Virus record (IMG/VR): IMGVR_UViG_3300036762_000065
Location: 177,707 to 241,706 of that record
Direction: 5' to 3' (one strand)
DNA: 64,000 nucleotides
Origin: a virus
Taxonomy: Duplodnaviria > Caudoviricetes
Every line of letters begins with the position of its first letter. Within the stretch, counting starts at the first letter, position 1. The notes beneath the pieces are model-generated. The model ran no database searches. It worked only from the letters and a program-made list of their open reading frames with translations, and was not told where the DNA came from. Below, piece after piece: positions 19,492 to 28,728 of the stretch. The position numbers and the translations under genes were made by a program.

Positions 19492-19960
19492 TTTTCATCG
19501 CATAATAAAGGCACTTTGCTTTAAGTGCTTTCGGTGCATGTAGTACATTAAAATAATAGGCATTAGTAGTTTCAGGCAACTGTATCTGGGACTCACTTAA
19601 CCCCTTATATGTCTGTACACTTATTTCGCTAGTCAGGTTTTCTATATAAATTGACTTAGCCTGTGTATCTAAATTACTTTCTAATTCGTGTATAAGGTCT
19701 AAATCTATCTCGCCTGTAACCGCTTTATTTTCACATAAGAAAACACCATTTTCTTGCACTACATTCTTTTTAGCACAAAACATAAGGAGCCACGCATGTT
19801 GTTCTACACTACTCAACGTATTCCAGTTATAGGAATAAAACTCTTGCTTATCCATGACTGACCTCATATTCGTAGTTGGCCAACACATCTGAAAACGTAT
19901 ATCCAGAATTTGTATCTCGGTTCCAGTTAAATAAATTGCGTCTAATTTCTTTATAAGCAT
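19478..19960 (-). CDS. Hypothetical protein (true start probably the internal MDKQEF near 19855)
   Basis: GAGG SD precedes the internal ATG, which would remove the long overlap. Confidence 0.6.
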   Translation of the reverse strand: MLIKKLDAIYLTGTEIQILDIRFQMCWPTTNMRSVMDKQEFYSYNWNTLSSVEQHAWLLMFCAKKNVVQENGVFLCENKAVTGEIDLDLIHELESNLDTQAKSIYIENLTSEISVQTYKGLSESQIQLPETTNAYYFNVLHAPKALKAKCLYYAMKSDYV

Positions 19961-20252
19961 CTAGCACTTTGTCACTCACTAAGGAAGCATCTGTGTGGGA
20001 TGTAATAGTATTACCGACACTCAGAAACTTTAGACGTATGTTAGGTTTTAATAGCTCGTTATCAACTACAGATACTATATTAATGCCTAATGCTTTAACG
20101 CCATCTACCTTAATTGCAATTAAATAGCTGTCCAGTAGTGTCTTTCGTGCAACTATCTCAGGCTCAGTTCCATAAGAAACTATCTTACTGCCTTTTATAA
20201 CCATACCTTTGTTTAATTCACGAACAAAATCTACATATGTTAAATTGTGCAT
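19848..20252 (-). CDS. Hypothetical protein
   Basis: AAGGA SD; TGTAAAT motif 34 nt upstream. Confidence 0.7.
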   Translation of the reverse strand: MHNLTYVDFVRELNKGMVIKGSKIVSYGTEPEIVARKTLLDSYLIAIKVDGVKALGINIVSVVDNELLKPNIRLKFLSVGNTITSHTDASLVSDKVLDAYKEIRRNLFNWNRDTNSGYTFSDVLANYEYEVSHG

Positions 20253-20303
20253 AATAAATCCTTTAGTGCCGTATTAATACATGGTATTTACACTATTTTT
20301 GAC

Positions 20304-20339
20304 AAAAAAAAGGCCTGCTGTGAAAATCACAAACAGGCC
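20304..20339 (-). terminator. Intrinsic terminator
   Basis: GGCCTG...CAGGCC stem followed by T8 on minus strand. Confidence 0.75.
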
Positions 20340-20368
20340 AAACGATGACAAAAAACAATAACGAAGAT

Positions 20369-20529
20369 GTGTCGAGTTAACCAATCCTAGTATACGAAAC
20401 GACTCAAACACTATTACCGGGCCCACAAGAGGAATCTATTCCAACCCGATATCGGACATAACGAGCTACCACACTATAGCACCTGAATCAGCATTAGCGG
20501 TAATGCAGACTCAGCGGTTAACTCGACAC
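20369..20529 (-). ncRNA. Candidate structured ncRNA (~160 nt) downstream of the portal gene
   Basis: Perfect 14-bp closing stem GTGTCGAGTTAACC/GGTTAACTCGACAC; four internal hairpins; no ORF; GTAATTT motif just upstream and terminator downstream. Confidence 0.6.
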
Positions 20530-20544
20530 TACTAGAAATTACTA

Positions 20545-22422
20545 TTATTTTTTACTTGTACTTGTTGTTCTCGATAAAGGTGTCGATTTATTTTTACTAA
20601 TGTTCTTTAAAGCCTTCTCTATGTTTCTATTAGCACGTTCATTGGCGCTCTTTTGATTATAAACCCACTTCTTCTTGCCTGTTTTAGTAGAATCGGTTAT
20701 TTCGGATTTATCGCCGTAATCCCGTTGGCTTAAACTAGGACGCCGGCCTCCGTTCGTTGCAAGAACATCGCTGTGTGTGTTATTAGATAGTCCAACCAGC
20801 CGATCAATAGAGTCTGAGGCAAACCCTCCCATACCACTAGCATCCTCTTCGACCTTAGGGCCGTACTTCTTGTTTATCTCTGCCATACGCTTTCTATACT
20901 CAGAAACACGTTTTAGCAGTTCTTCGTCATCTTCGCCGTCTGCGAGCAGGGAGTCTAAATTGAAGCCTCCTGCTGCCGCCATAGCCCTTAGAGGCACAGG
21001 TACACCCTTCTCTGTGAGTTGCTGTAGCATATCCATGTACTGCATATCACCTTCAGGCTTAAGTTGCTTGGCCCAGTGTACGTTAGGTATTAGTAACTTA
21101 GAGCCGTCTTGCATGATGTTTAGATAGTCTTCAGTATTACCTGAATCCATCAAATTGTTTTTACGAATTAATTTGCCGGATTTGTTTACAGTAAACCCGT
21201 TTACTAGACTTATAAGAGGGAATAGTTTATTGTAAAACAATTTACGTGTAAGCATATCTCGATATGCACGTATATAATCAATGAATACAGTCAGCCCGGT
21301 ATCGGCAGTGGCATAATTAGCCTCCCCGCTAAGGAACGCCTCACTTATTCCCATAGCTCTTAGTTTAAACTGGGCAGTGCTGTCCCATATGTCAGTTACT
21401 TTCCAGAAATCACCGCCTTGGCGTAGTTCTTCTGCACTGACACCAATGCGTGTAGCAATAATTGCTCCTAGAGGGTCTGCATCCGCATTATTGAACAGGT
21501 CTGTCATGAAATCCATGTCAGCAATAGTAGGTTCCCACTGATCGCCGTCACCTAACGTTAGGTGCAATATTCCGCGTTGTCGTCTACTGCTCTCGACTAA
21601 TGTTCCTCTAAACAAGTTCTTTTCTATTAAGTAGATAGGAAGTATACGTCTAAACCAAGAAGTGCCTTCACCTGTACTAAAACTTCTACGAGGGAGAAAT
21701 ATAGTACTAACAGGATCAAGCTCCAATGCAGGCTCAGAAAGTGATTTAAGCAAATCAGGGCCTAAGCGTTCCCTAAGTTGTCGTATACGTACACTGTCTG
21801 TAGCATCTGCTAGTAGTGCTCTTGTGGATTCCGGAAAAGCTACTGTAATAATAGGATCTTGGGAATATAGAGGAAGAGATTCTACTTTAGCATTATCGCC
21901 TTGATGTGGCATAATGTCGATGAATTTCTTAGAAGTAGCATTAAACAAAAGACTACCTATAAAATTACCTGTAACAAGGAAATCTGTACTTATATCAGGC
22001 AATATAGTCCTTATGTTTAAACGTTCTATAGTTTCAACAAATGCACTTAGTGCCTTCTTATCCGAAACACCACCGAGAGTAAAATCACTGAACGGAAGTG
22101 TTGACATCAGATCGACAGCACTACCTGCGACAGGATCGTTGTAGTAGATATCCCTGTACAAACGATATACGAGTTTCTTTTGCTCAAGGTCTTCCGAAAA
22201 GACTATATCTTTTAATAACGGGTCTATATCCACTTCTATAGGCATTGCAGACACACTGGTATTCTGCATACCTGCAGGAGATGCTGATTCCGAAGTCCAA
22301 TCGTTACTTGTGCGATTGCTTTTATTGCGTAAGTTTACCGTATTAGTACCGAGCTTCTTACTTGAACTTCGGCTCTCGATACCTTGATCAACAAAAGTCT
22401 TTCGCGCTTTAAACTTCATCAT
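20545..22422 (-). CDS. Probable portal protein
   Basis: 625 aa, helical; YRDIYYNDPVAGSAVD and AMGISEAFLSGEANYATA portal-like motifs; near terminase. Confidence 0.65.
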   Translation of the reverse strand: MMKFKARKTFVDQGIESRSSSKKLGTNTVNLRNKSNRTSNDWTSESASPAGMQNTSVSAMPIEVDIDPLLKDIVFSEDLEQKKLVYRLYRDIYYNDPVAGSAVDLMSTLPFSDFTLGGVSDKKALSAFVETIERLNIRTILPDISTDFLVTGNFIGSLLFNATSKKFIDIMPHQGDNAKVESLPLYSQDPIITVAFPESTRALLADATDSVRIRQLRERLGPDLLKSLSEPALELDPVSTIFLPRRSFSTGEGTSWFRRILPIYLIEKNLFRGTLVESSRRQRGILHLTLGDGDQWEPTIADMDFMTDLFNNADADPLGAIIATRIGVSAEELRQGGDFWKVTDIWDSTAQFKLRAMGISEAFLSGEANYATADTGLTVFIDYIRAYRDMLTRKLFYNKLFPLISLVNGFTVNKSGKLIRKNNLMDSGNTEDYLNIMQDGSKLLIPNVHWAKQLKPEGDMQYMDMLQQLTEKGVPVPLRAMAAAGGFNLDSLLADGEDDEELLKRVSEYRKRMAEINKKYGPKVEEDASGMGGFASDSIDRLVGLSNNTHSDVLATNGGRRPSLSQRDYGDKSEITDSTKTGKKKWVYNQKSANERANRNIEKALKNISKNKSTPLSRTTSTSKK

Positions 22423-22449
22423 AGCGTGTGTGCTCTTTAATTATAGGAG

Positions 22450-22612
22450 TAAAAATAGTATGGTACTGTATAAGGTCCGACGCGAGTAAGGTGCAGAATG
22501 TAACACCTTACTCTTGCCGCCTCCAAAGTCAACAAACATTACACTACGCCAGAATGGTTAGTAGCGAGATAGTTGGATCACCTCCTTCTACGAGTCTACA
22601 AAGTAGACTCTG
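22450..22612 (-). ncRNA. Candidate structured RNA or leader with 16-nt complement to the 16S rRNA 3' end
   Basis: Hairpins at 22592-22610 and 22484-22513; AAGGAGGTGATCCAAC at 22587-22572 with no suitably spaced ATG. Confidence 0.5.
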
Positions 22613-22626
22613 TTGTTGAAAATTCT

Positions 22627-23025
22627 TTAGTAATATTTGTATAATCTTTCCAAGCTTAATGTGTTACCTTTTATAACAACACTATATCCAATACGTTCAT
22701 TAGAAAAAACATCTTTATGGCAATCCCAGTCCGATTTATGTAGAGCAAATCGTACTTGTCTTGTTTGTGCTACAGTAAGGCACAAGGATGTTGTTACAGT
22801 ACCGAATTTGTTTGATACATTCCACTCTTTTATGTCTACTTTATTTAATCCACCTGCTGTTAAATAAAGTAGACATCCCATTAAAGCATCCAATGTCTCG
22901 CACTTACTGAGTAGCTCAATAACTGAAATAGGTACATAACCGTATTTGTCTTCTTGTTTAAGTTTACTATATAAATGTGCAGGTATTGCTTGAATTCTAA
23001 CAGCTTGTTGGAATTTAACTTCCAT
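22627..23025 (-). CDS. Hypothetical protein
   Basis: ORF in packed array. Confidence 0.65.
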   Translation of the reverse strand: MEVKFQQAVRIQAIPAHLYSKLKQEDKYGYVPISVIELLSKCETLDALMGCLLYLTAGGLNKVDIKEWNVSNKFGTVTTSLCLTVAQTRQVRFALHKSDWDCHKDVFSNERIGYSVVIKGNTLSLERLYKYY

Positions 23026-23039
23026 TTATGTTACTTCCA

Positions 23040-23501
23040 TTAATCAAATATTAAAGTTTTAATCTTCTTCTTTCTTTCTTTGGCAAGTTTTATCGTATGG
23101 GCAGTACCTTTTGAATGTCCGTCATACGCTGCAAACACATAATCACATATATTAATCATTTCAACATTGCGCCTATACCCAGCAGACTTGCCAAATAAAT
23201 CCCACTGTGCAGGCATAGCTAAAACATTGAATTGATTTTTACGTGCCCATATAGCAGCCATGTCGTCAGGACCTACAGCTTGCCCGTGAATAATAAGTAT
23301 ATTGTTCTTTGTGAACAAACTGTTATGCTTTTTATGTGTTTCTATAACACGACTTGTAAGTTTTGACATCCAATAACAAAAAATGTCCACATGTTCTTTG
23401 TTTGTGTAGTTACAAAACGGATCACTGTTAAAAACGTTTTTGTCGTAGTTTCCTACTGTCCTACTTCCACAAACAAGAAAGCCTACATAATCAAGTTGCA
23501 T
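23040..23501 (-). CDS. SLOG-superfamily (DUF2493/YspA-like) nucleotide-binding protein
   Basis: LVCGSR, IIHGQAVGPD, PAQWDLFGKSAGYRRNVEM, DGHSKGTAHTI. Confidence 0.8.
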   Translation of the reverse strand: MQLDYVGFLVCGSRTVGNYDKNVFNSDPFCNYTNKEHVDIFCYWMSKLTSRVIETHKKHNSLFTKNNILIIHGQAVGPDDMAAIWARKNQFNVLAMPAQWDLFGKSAGYRRNVEMINICDYVFAAYDGHSKGTAHTIKLAKERKKKIKTLIFD

Positions 23502-23538
23502 AAAAAACTCCTTGTGTATGTAGGCTATTTACACTTTA

Positions 23539-24087
23539 TTAAGCATGTTCAAATCGTTCGCTTTCCTTCTGACCTTTTATAAATCGGTTGAAGAAGGCGC
23601 CTTGAGATTTAGATCGTTCTAGTTTCTTAACTTCCAGTGCGCTAACGTCTTTATACGTCCACTCAGCACCATTCGGAAACTGCACAAGCAACTCACTCTT
23701 TTTACTGTTGTACCAAACGTTCTGTAACATAGAGCTATCAACGCGGACTTCAGTGAGTTCATCCTGAACAAGTCGCTTACGGTCTTTACCTGCGTCTTGT
23801 CCTGCAACTACGTTAACACGCCCAATCTTACCGCTGTATGATTTGGAGTTTGTTAGTATGCGCTTTGCATCAAAAGGTTTTAGCTTGAACTGTACATATA
23901 GATAAGAACCGTCTATTAAGAAGTAAGAGCCTGACGCCCGCTTAATACCGAACTTGTCTCCTTTCTTTAGCTCCATGTCATATTCAGGACCGACATCAAA
24001 CGTAGCAGTACGTCCGTCATAGACATACCACTTATATTTCTGAGGGTCCAGTTTAGTTTTTGAGGTTGCCGAACACGATGTAAACAT
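23539..24087 (-). CDS. KTSC-domain protein with N-terminal module shared with the SprT protein
   Basis: VDSSMLQNVWYN...LLVQFPNGAEWTY...SQGAFFNRFIK. Confidence 0.8.
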   Translation of the reverse strand: MFTSCSATSKTKLDPQKYKWYVYDGRTATFDVGPEYDMELKKGDKFGIKRASGSYFLIDGSYLYVQFKLKPFDAKRILTNSKSYSGKIGRVNVVAGQDAGKDRKRLVQDELTEVRVDSSMLQNVWYNSKKSELLVQFPNGAEWTYKDVSALEVKKLERSKSQGAFFNRFIKGQKESERFEHA

Positions 24088-24127
24088 AAGTTCCTCTTAC
24101 ATTATTTGCTAATAAATTAAATTACTA

Positions 24128-27100
24128 TTAGCTTCGAGTTCTGATCTTTCCGATAGCACCTCCGTAAGAAACAGAACCTGCTCCGCCAGTTCCTACATTG
24201 CCTCCGCCCCCGCTGCCTAGTCGTGAAAATCCGATTGCGTTAGGTCTAAACTTTTCAACATCGCCCGGGTCTAATACAAAGTACTCGGCAAGCTTATCGT
24301 CTTGAAGGCCCCAACAAGTTAAGGCAAATGCACGCCAAGTATCGTCCGTAAGTCCTTCGGCTTTTAATACTTTAGTGCCTGTATCTTGTACTGTAAGAAG
24401 TTGCACTACAAGATGATCCATTTCTTTATCTTGGAAACATGTAGGATAAGCCTTTTCCTCGAAGTCTATAACATCACGCACACTCATTCCCTTTCTTGAT
24501 AGTCTTGGGAAACTAACAGACTGTTGTTCAAGTAATGTCTTTGGCAGCCATAAATCCTTATACTTCAAACTATACTGTTGTGTGTATATGCCTAATTCTT
24601 CCTCTGCGTCCGACAGAATCTTTAAGCTGTTCCACCTATCAGCAAGAAATACTTTAACGTTCCTACTTTTTACTATAGGAATTATAACATGATCATATAT
24701 TTTTGTGTAGTTTAAAGGGAAGCCCGGACGCGGCATTATCTCTACTAATAGATCAACAGTTATAAGTCCGTTATCCGCATTTAAAGAACTAACACAACAA
24801 GCAAACGAGTTGTTGGTATGCCCTGCATCAATAGCCAAACAAGAAGGGCGTTTTGATTTTTTAATTTTATCAATGACGCCCCACCGACAGGCTGATTTCC
24901 TACCGCTTTCTTTGCGTATCTTATAGCTTAATTTTACAGGATTGGAGTGTTGCCCTATGCAATCTTGTATGCTCTGCTTATCTGTAATAAACGGAGATGC
25001 TGCTAGAGGAGGTACCGCCCCGTAGTCCCGTTCTGCACCTTCAGGATCGGTTCTGTAACGTTCTTGTATAACTTTCGAATTTCTCGGTAGGGTAGGGTTT
25101 ATTTCCCACGTAGGTCTGTGTACACCGTATACTGACTTAGATGTTTGGGCCGAATTAACTAAGCTCATAATCTTATCGCGACGGTGTGCCGGACTACTTA
25201 CGTTCATGCTCATACCGTTAAGTACGTCATCATATCCTGCTTTGACAAGTCGTTCCGCAGCACCTCTTACAGTCAACAAGCTACTATCGAGCGCATCATA
25301 AACACCGGCTGCGCTCATTTTTATTTTCTTGCTGTCTGCATCGTTATCGAAGTAGCCGATTTCATCAATGCCTCCAAATACGCGAGTTCTTCCTCGAAGA
25401 ATACGTTTATCAGGACCTGCCGGATACCACATTAGATTTCTACAACGATACGCTACAAAGGTGTCATTAAACTTAAATAACTTTTGTCCGTACTTCTCTT
25501 CATAGTAGTTTAGCATTTTGTGGTATTCACGAAACCAAGGGCTTTCAATGAGAGTTCCGTAATAAAATTCCCACAAAGTTTCTTTAGCTTGCGCGTAAGT
25601 TAAAGCACAAAAGGTCCCGTGAAGGACCGTAGAAGAGGATACGTTATACACCTGAGCAGGCTTCTGCATTTTAAGAAGCCTGTGTGTCATGTAAGGTGTT
25701 AGCATTCCGCCAACCGTCTGCGACTTACCGCTGTTGTGTGATATAATACCTCCTGTGACGAATTGGTGTGTTTTAGGGAGCGTAAAATCGTAAGTCTCAA
25801 ATTGTTTAGTTGATACTTGGTTTTTGGTCACTCGACAAAACACCACGTCATCCGAACAATATGTCAACAACTGTTCAAATTCAAACTTGACTTCTGGAGA
25901 CATATACTCTACTTTTTGTAAAGCTACGGTACAGATTTCCAGTAACTTGCGTTTTGTTAAACGAACGGCTTTGCTCTTCCTTAGTTTTCTTAGGGAAAAC
26001 GACAATTTTTCACTATTGCGTCCAAACACAGTACTTATTCCCATTGTGATCTTGGGTATACGTGTGCGAAACTTTTCGCTGGTAGCACGTTCGTAGTAAG
26101 GTAAAGGAAAAACATGTAGTTCTGCATTCCAACGATCAAGAAGTGATCGTAGTCTGGATTCAAGAAATTCCAAATTCTCATACCAGTACGGTACTAAGTT
26201 TGTGCGGGAATCCAGTACCTCAATAGCGTGATCTAGTTGGTTCTTTTTGCGTGACGACAAAAATCCAACCTGGTCTCGAAAACGCTTTAAATACATACCA
26301 CGAATCGAAATAAACCAGCTAGGTTTAGAAATCTGCTTATCGGTCCCGTTAGTTGCCCATGTCCACTTTCTACGAATCCTGTGCGCTATGCCTAAATTGT
26401 GCAACATAGCACTAAGCTGGTATGCCAGTTTTTGACTTATCGTGCAATAACTAACAGAATGACGTAGGTCTTTCTTTACATTCCTACTTACCCAACCATC
26501 ACCTTCGTAAAGACCTTGTAAAAAGGCACAAACGTTTTCTTTTGTAGAAGTACGGACAGACAACGGGATTTCTTTTAACGCAGAACCAGATGATAACCCT
26601 TCGCTTGATAACCCTAGTAGTTCTGCGAAAAACAGGCGGCCCTTGTGCCCACGTATTGAGGTGTAGGTGTTGCCATTTTCATCACAAGATACCCTAATGT
26701 GATGCTTGTTTATATATTTCATTAACGTTTTTAGGTAGAACGCATTGACTTCTGGACATTTGTTACAAACACCTGCACTTCGACCTTCTGCAACCCAAAG
26801 TCCTAACACCTTATACATATCAGAGCATATATCACCTGAATAGGCTTTGAATAACGTAGGGTATTTTTTTGCAGTGTAGTCCATAGATTTTTGATTAACT
26901 CGCAGCATAATATCTTCGAAATATAGATGCCGGTTACCAAACACCTGTTGATTTAGTCGAACCGGCACAATATCTGAAGGCGACACGTCCACTAGGCGCT
27001 TAAAAACTCCATCTAGTAGCTGTATAGGGTGATCCGAAGTACCTCTTATCCTTATACCATTATACAACGTAACAGATCGAATAAATTCGGGCTTTGCTCG

Positions 27101-27850
27101 ATAAAAATCTGTGGTCTGTTCAAACTCTGTCCCGTTATGTACGTTTAAATGGAATCGTGAAAAGCCGAAACGCTTGTTTTTTGTATACTCACCTATACTC
27201 ATAAGACCGTGTTCAGTCAATATACAAGTATCACCTGTGACACAACGCTGCCCTGCACACACCGCTAATTCTTGGTAAAAGTAAAGCTGTTCATTTGTTA
27301 TGAATGTAGATCGTCTTCCGCCGCAAGCAGGACAAACCCCATTTTCAAACAAACAAACGTTACGCTCAAACGTCAAGAACGTATCATCAACTTTGTGGTC
27401 ATAATACAACCACTCAACATTCGAACAAGCAGGACAGTAATCAGCAAATATTATTATGCCCCATATAAGTTGCTCCATAAACGGTGTAACTACTGTACCT
27501 GCAAACTCATCCCGAGTTACCCACTCATAAAAGTTTTTAGCTAGAGGCATAGCAGAATCATCTACCTTTGTATCTCTTGGCTTAAAAGAACCTTTTGAAT
27601 CCTCGATCATCTGTCTGACCATAGAAGCAACGTTTGCTTCGTTCACTATCTCTATGGCAACAGCTTCATCTTTACCTTTATCTAAAAAAGAAGTATCAAA
27701 CCCTTCACCTCTAACATGTTTAAGTTTAGTCAAAAACTTAAACGGGTCCCCAGTATCTTTGACTGTACTAATCAACAGATCGTAGTCGTCATAGATGGAA
27801 ATTTCCTTTTTCTTTGGCTTATTCTTTTTATCTTCCAAAGCTAACATCAT
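24128..27850 (-). CDS. terL: Terminase large subunit, intein-containing
   Basis: After intein removal Walker A reads GQRSGKS; Walker B GGIDEIGYF; nuclease motifs LAIDAG, DRWNS, DDTWRA. Confidence 0.85.
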   Translation of the reverse strand: MMLALEDKKNKPKKKEISIYDDYDLLISTVKDTGDPFKFLTKLKHVRGEGFDTSFLDKGKDEAVAIEIVNEANVASMVRQMIEDSKGSFKPRDTKVDDSAMPLAKNFYEWVTRDEFAGTVVTPFMEQLIWGIIIFADYCPACSNVEWLYYDHKVDDTFLTFERNVCLFENGVCPACGGRRSTFITNEQLYFYQELAVCAGQRCVTGDTCILTEHGLMSIGEYTKNKRFGFSRFHLNVHNGTEFEQTTDFYRAKPEFIRSVTLYNGIRIRGTSDHPIQLLDGVFKRLVDVSPSDIVPVRLNQQVFGNRHLYFEDIMLRVNQKSMDYTAKKYPTLFKAYSGDICSDMYKVLGLWVAEGRSAGVCNKCPEVNAFYLKTLMKYINKHHIRVSCDENGNTYTSIRGHKGRLFFAELLGLSSEGLSSGSALKEIPLSVRTSTKENVCAFLQGLYEGDGWVSRNVKKDLRHSVSYCTISQKLAYQLSAMLHNLGIAHRIRRKWTWATNGTDKQISKPSWFISIRGMYLKRFRDQVGFLSSRKKNQLDHAIEVLDSRTNLVPYWYENLEFLESRLRSLLDRWNAELHVFPLPYYERATSEKFRTRIPKITMGISTVFGRNSEKLSFSLRKLRKSKAVRLTKRKLLEICTVALQKVEYMSPEVKFEFEQLLTYCSDDVVFCRVTKNQVSTKQFETYDFTLPKTHQFVTGGIISHNSGKSQTVGGMLTPYMTHRLLKMQKPAQVYNVSSSTVLHGTFCALTYAQAKETLWEFYYGTLIESPWFREYHKMLNYYEEKYGQKLFKFNDTFVAYRCRNLMWYPAGPDKRILRGRTRVFGGIDEIGYFDNDADSKKIKMSAAGVYDALDSSLLTVRGAAERLVKAGYDDVLNGMSMNVSSPAHRRDKIMSLVNSAQTSKSVYGVHRPTWEINPTLPRNSKVIQERYRTDPEGAERDYGAVPPLAASPFITDKQSIQDCIGQHSNPVKLSYKIRKESGRKSACRWGVIDKIKKSKRPSCLAIDAGHTNNSFACCVSSLNADNGLITVDLLVEIMPRPGFPLNYTKIYDHVIIPIVKSRNVKVFLADRWNSLKILSDAEEELGIYTQQYSLKYKDLWLPKTLLEQQSVSFPRLSRKGMSVRDVIDFEEKAYPTCFQDKEMDHLVVQLLTVQDTGTKVLKAEGLTDDTWRAFALTCWGLQDDKLAEYFVLDPGDVEKFRPNAIGFSRLGSGGGGNVGTGGAGSVSYGGAIGKIRTRS
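25733..27244 (-). mobile_element. Intein (504 aa) with LAGLIDADG homing endonuclease in terminase Walker A
   Basis: Starts CVTGDT, ends TYDFTL...GIISHN followed by Ser; LAGLIDADG motifs LGLWVAEG and FLQGLYEGDG. Confidence 0.92.
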
Positions 27851-28719
27851 TACCTCCTAGACACTCGAACACCTTCCGCTTGGCGTTTATTGTATGCATG
27901 AATATCATCTGTACTCATATCTTTTTCGTTCTTCGTAGCAACGTCTTGGTGTGTTCGTAAAGTACCTATAGGTCTATCTGTATCGGTAGTAGGTTTAACT
28001 CTTGCAGCTAAGTTTCTTAACACAGTACTATATTTTTCAGAAGTGACGTCCTTCTTCATCTCTTCCACGGCCTCGCAGGCTATCTTGTGTGTTATTAAAC
28101 GCATAAATCGTTCTTTTATATCTTCAGGCAGTGAGGTCATTTTGTTAACGTAGTAATTCAACACGTTCAACTTAGTTAGTTGTGCAACACCTACCATAAC
28201 ACTACTGTCAATTTCAACGCTAATGCCGAGACCGTCCCTAAGAACGGCTTCTGTATAAGAAGTGGCTTTGTCATAACTCATCATCATGACAGCACCTTGT
28301 TGTATAAGGATTTCCGCAACATCGTCTGAAACGCTTTGGGAGTCAGTTAAAACCTTTGACAGCCTTTCCTCTGAAATTTCAACAAGATTCTCTATGTTTA
28401 AAGAAGCTACTTTTTCAGGAACTTCTTCATACGTTATGTCAGGATTCCTGCCGAATTTTGGATGTACAGGCTTATCATCGGGGATTTCTGTCTGCGTGAA
28501 GTTCGGTACAAATACAGGAACATCTTTAACTGCCGCTGTAACCGGGGTTCCTATAGAAAAGAAGCCTCGGTTAGATTGGAAGTTTTTCAATACCCAGTTT
28601 TTCTTCTGCTTGTGTGACTTCAAGTAGACTGCCTTTGGAACATGCGGAGTCATTCTACTTGAAGCATAAAGGTCTCCGAATATATATTCAGATCCTTCCG
28701 GTTCGTTATCGTTGAACAT
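27850..28719 (-). CDS. Hypothetical protein (positional candidate for terminase small subunit)
   Basis: TAATG-coupled directly upstream of terL; helical C-terminal half. Confidence 0.5.
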   Translation of the reverse strand: MFNDNEPEGSEYIFGDLYASSRMTPHVPKAVYLKSHKQKKNWVLKNFQSNRGFFSIGTPVTAAVKDVPVFVPNFTQTEIPDDKPVHPKFGRNPDITYEEVPEKVASLNIENLVEISEERLSKVLTDSQSVSDDVAEILIQQGAVMMMSYDKATSYTEAVLRDGLGISVEIDSSVMVGVAQLTKLNVLNYYVNKMTSLPEDIKERFMRLITHKIACEAVEEMKKDVTSEKYSTVLRNLAARVKPTTDTDRPIGTLRTHQDVATKNEKDMSTDDIHAYNKRQAEGVRVSRR

Positions 28720-28728
28720 GTTATGTCC

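Noticed and set aside
20369-20529. Retron msr-msd or hammerhead ribozyme
   Set aside because: No reverse transcriptase in the window; no CUGANGA/GAAA core in the right arrangement
22572-22587. Fragment of an rRNA gene
   Set aside because: Match is limited to 16 nt, flanks are not rRNA-like, and the orientation makes it an extended SD on the transcribed strand
22428-22619. 63-aa plus-strand ORF and a 32-aa minus-strand ORF in the portal leader
   Set aside because: Opposite to all other genes or lacking an SD; region better explained by RNA structure
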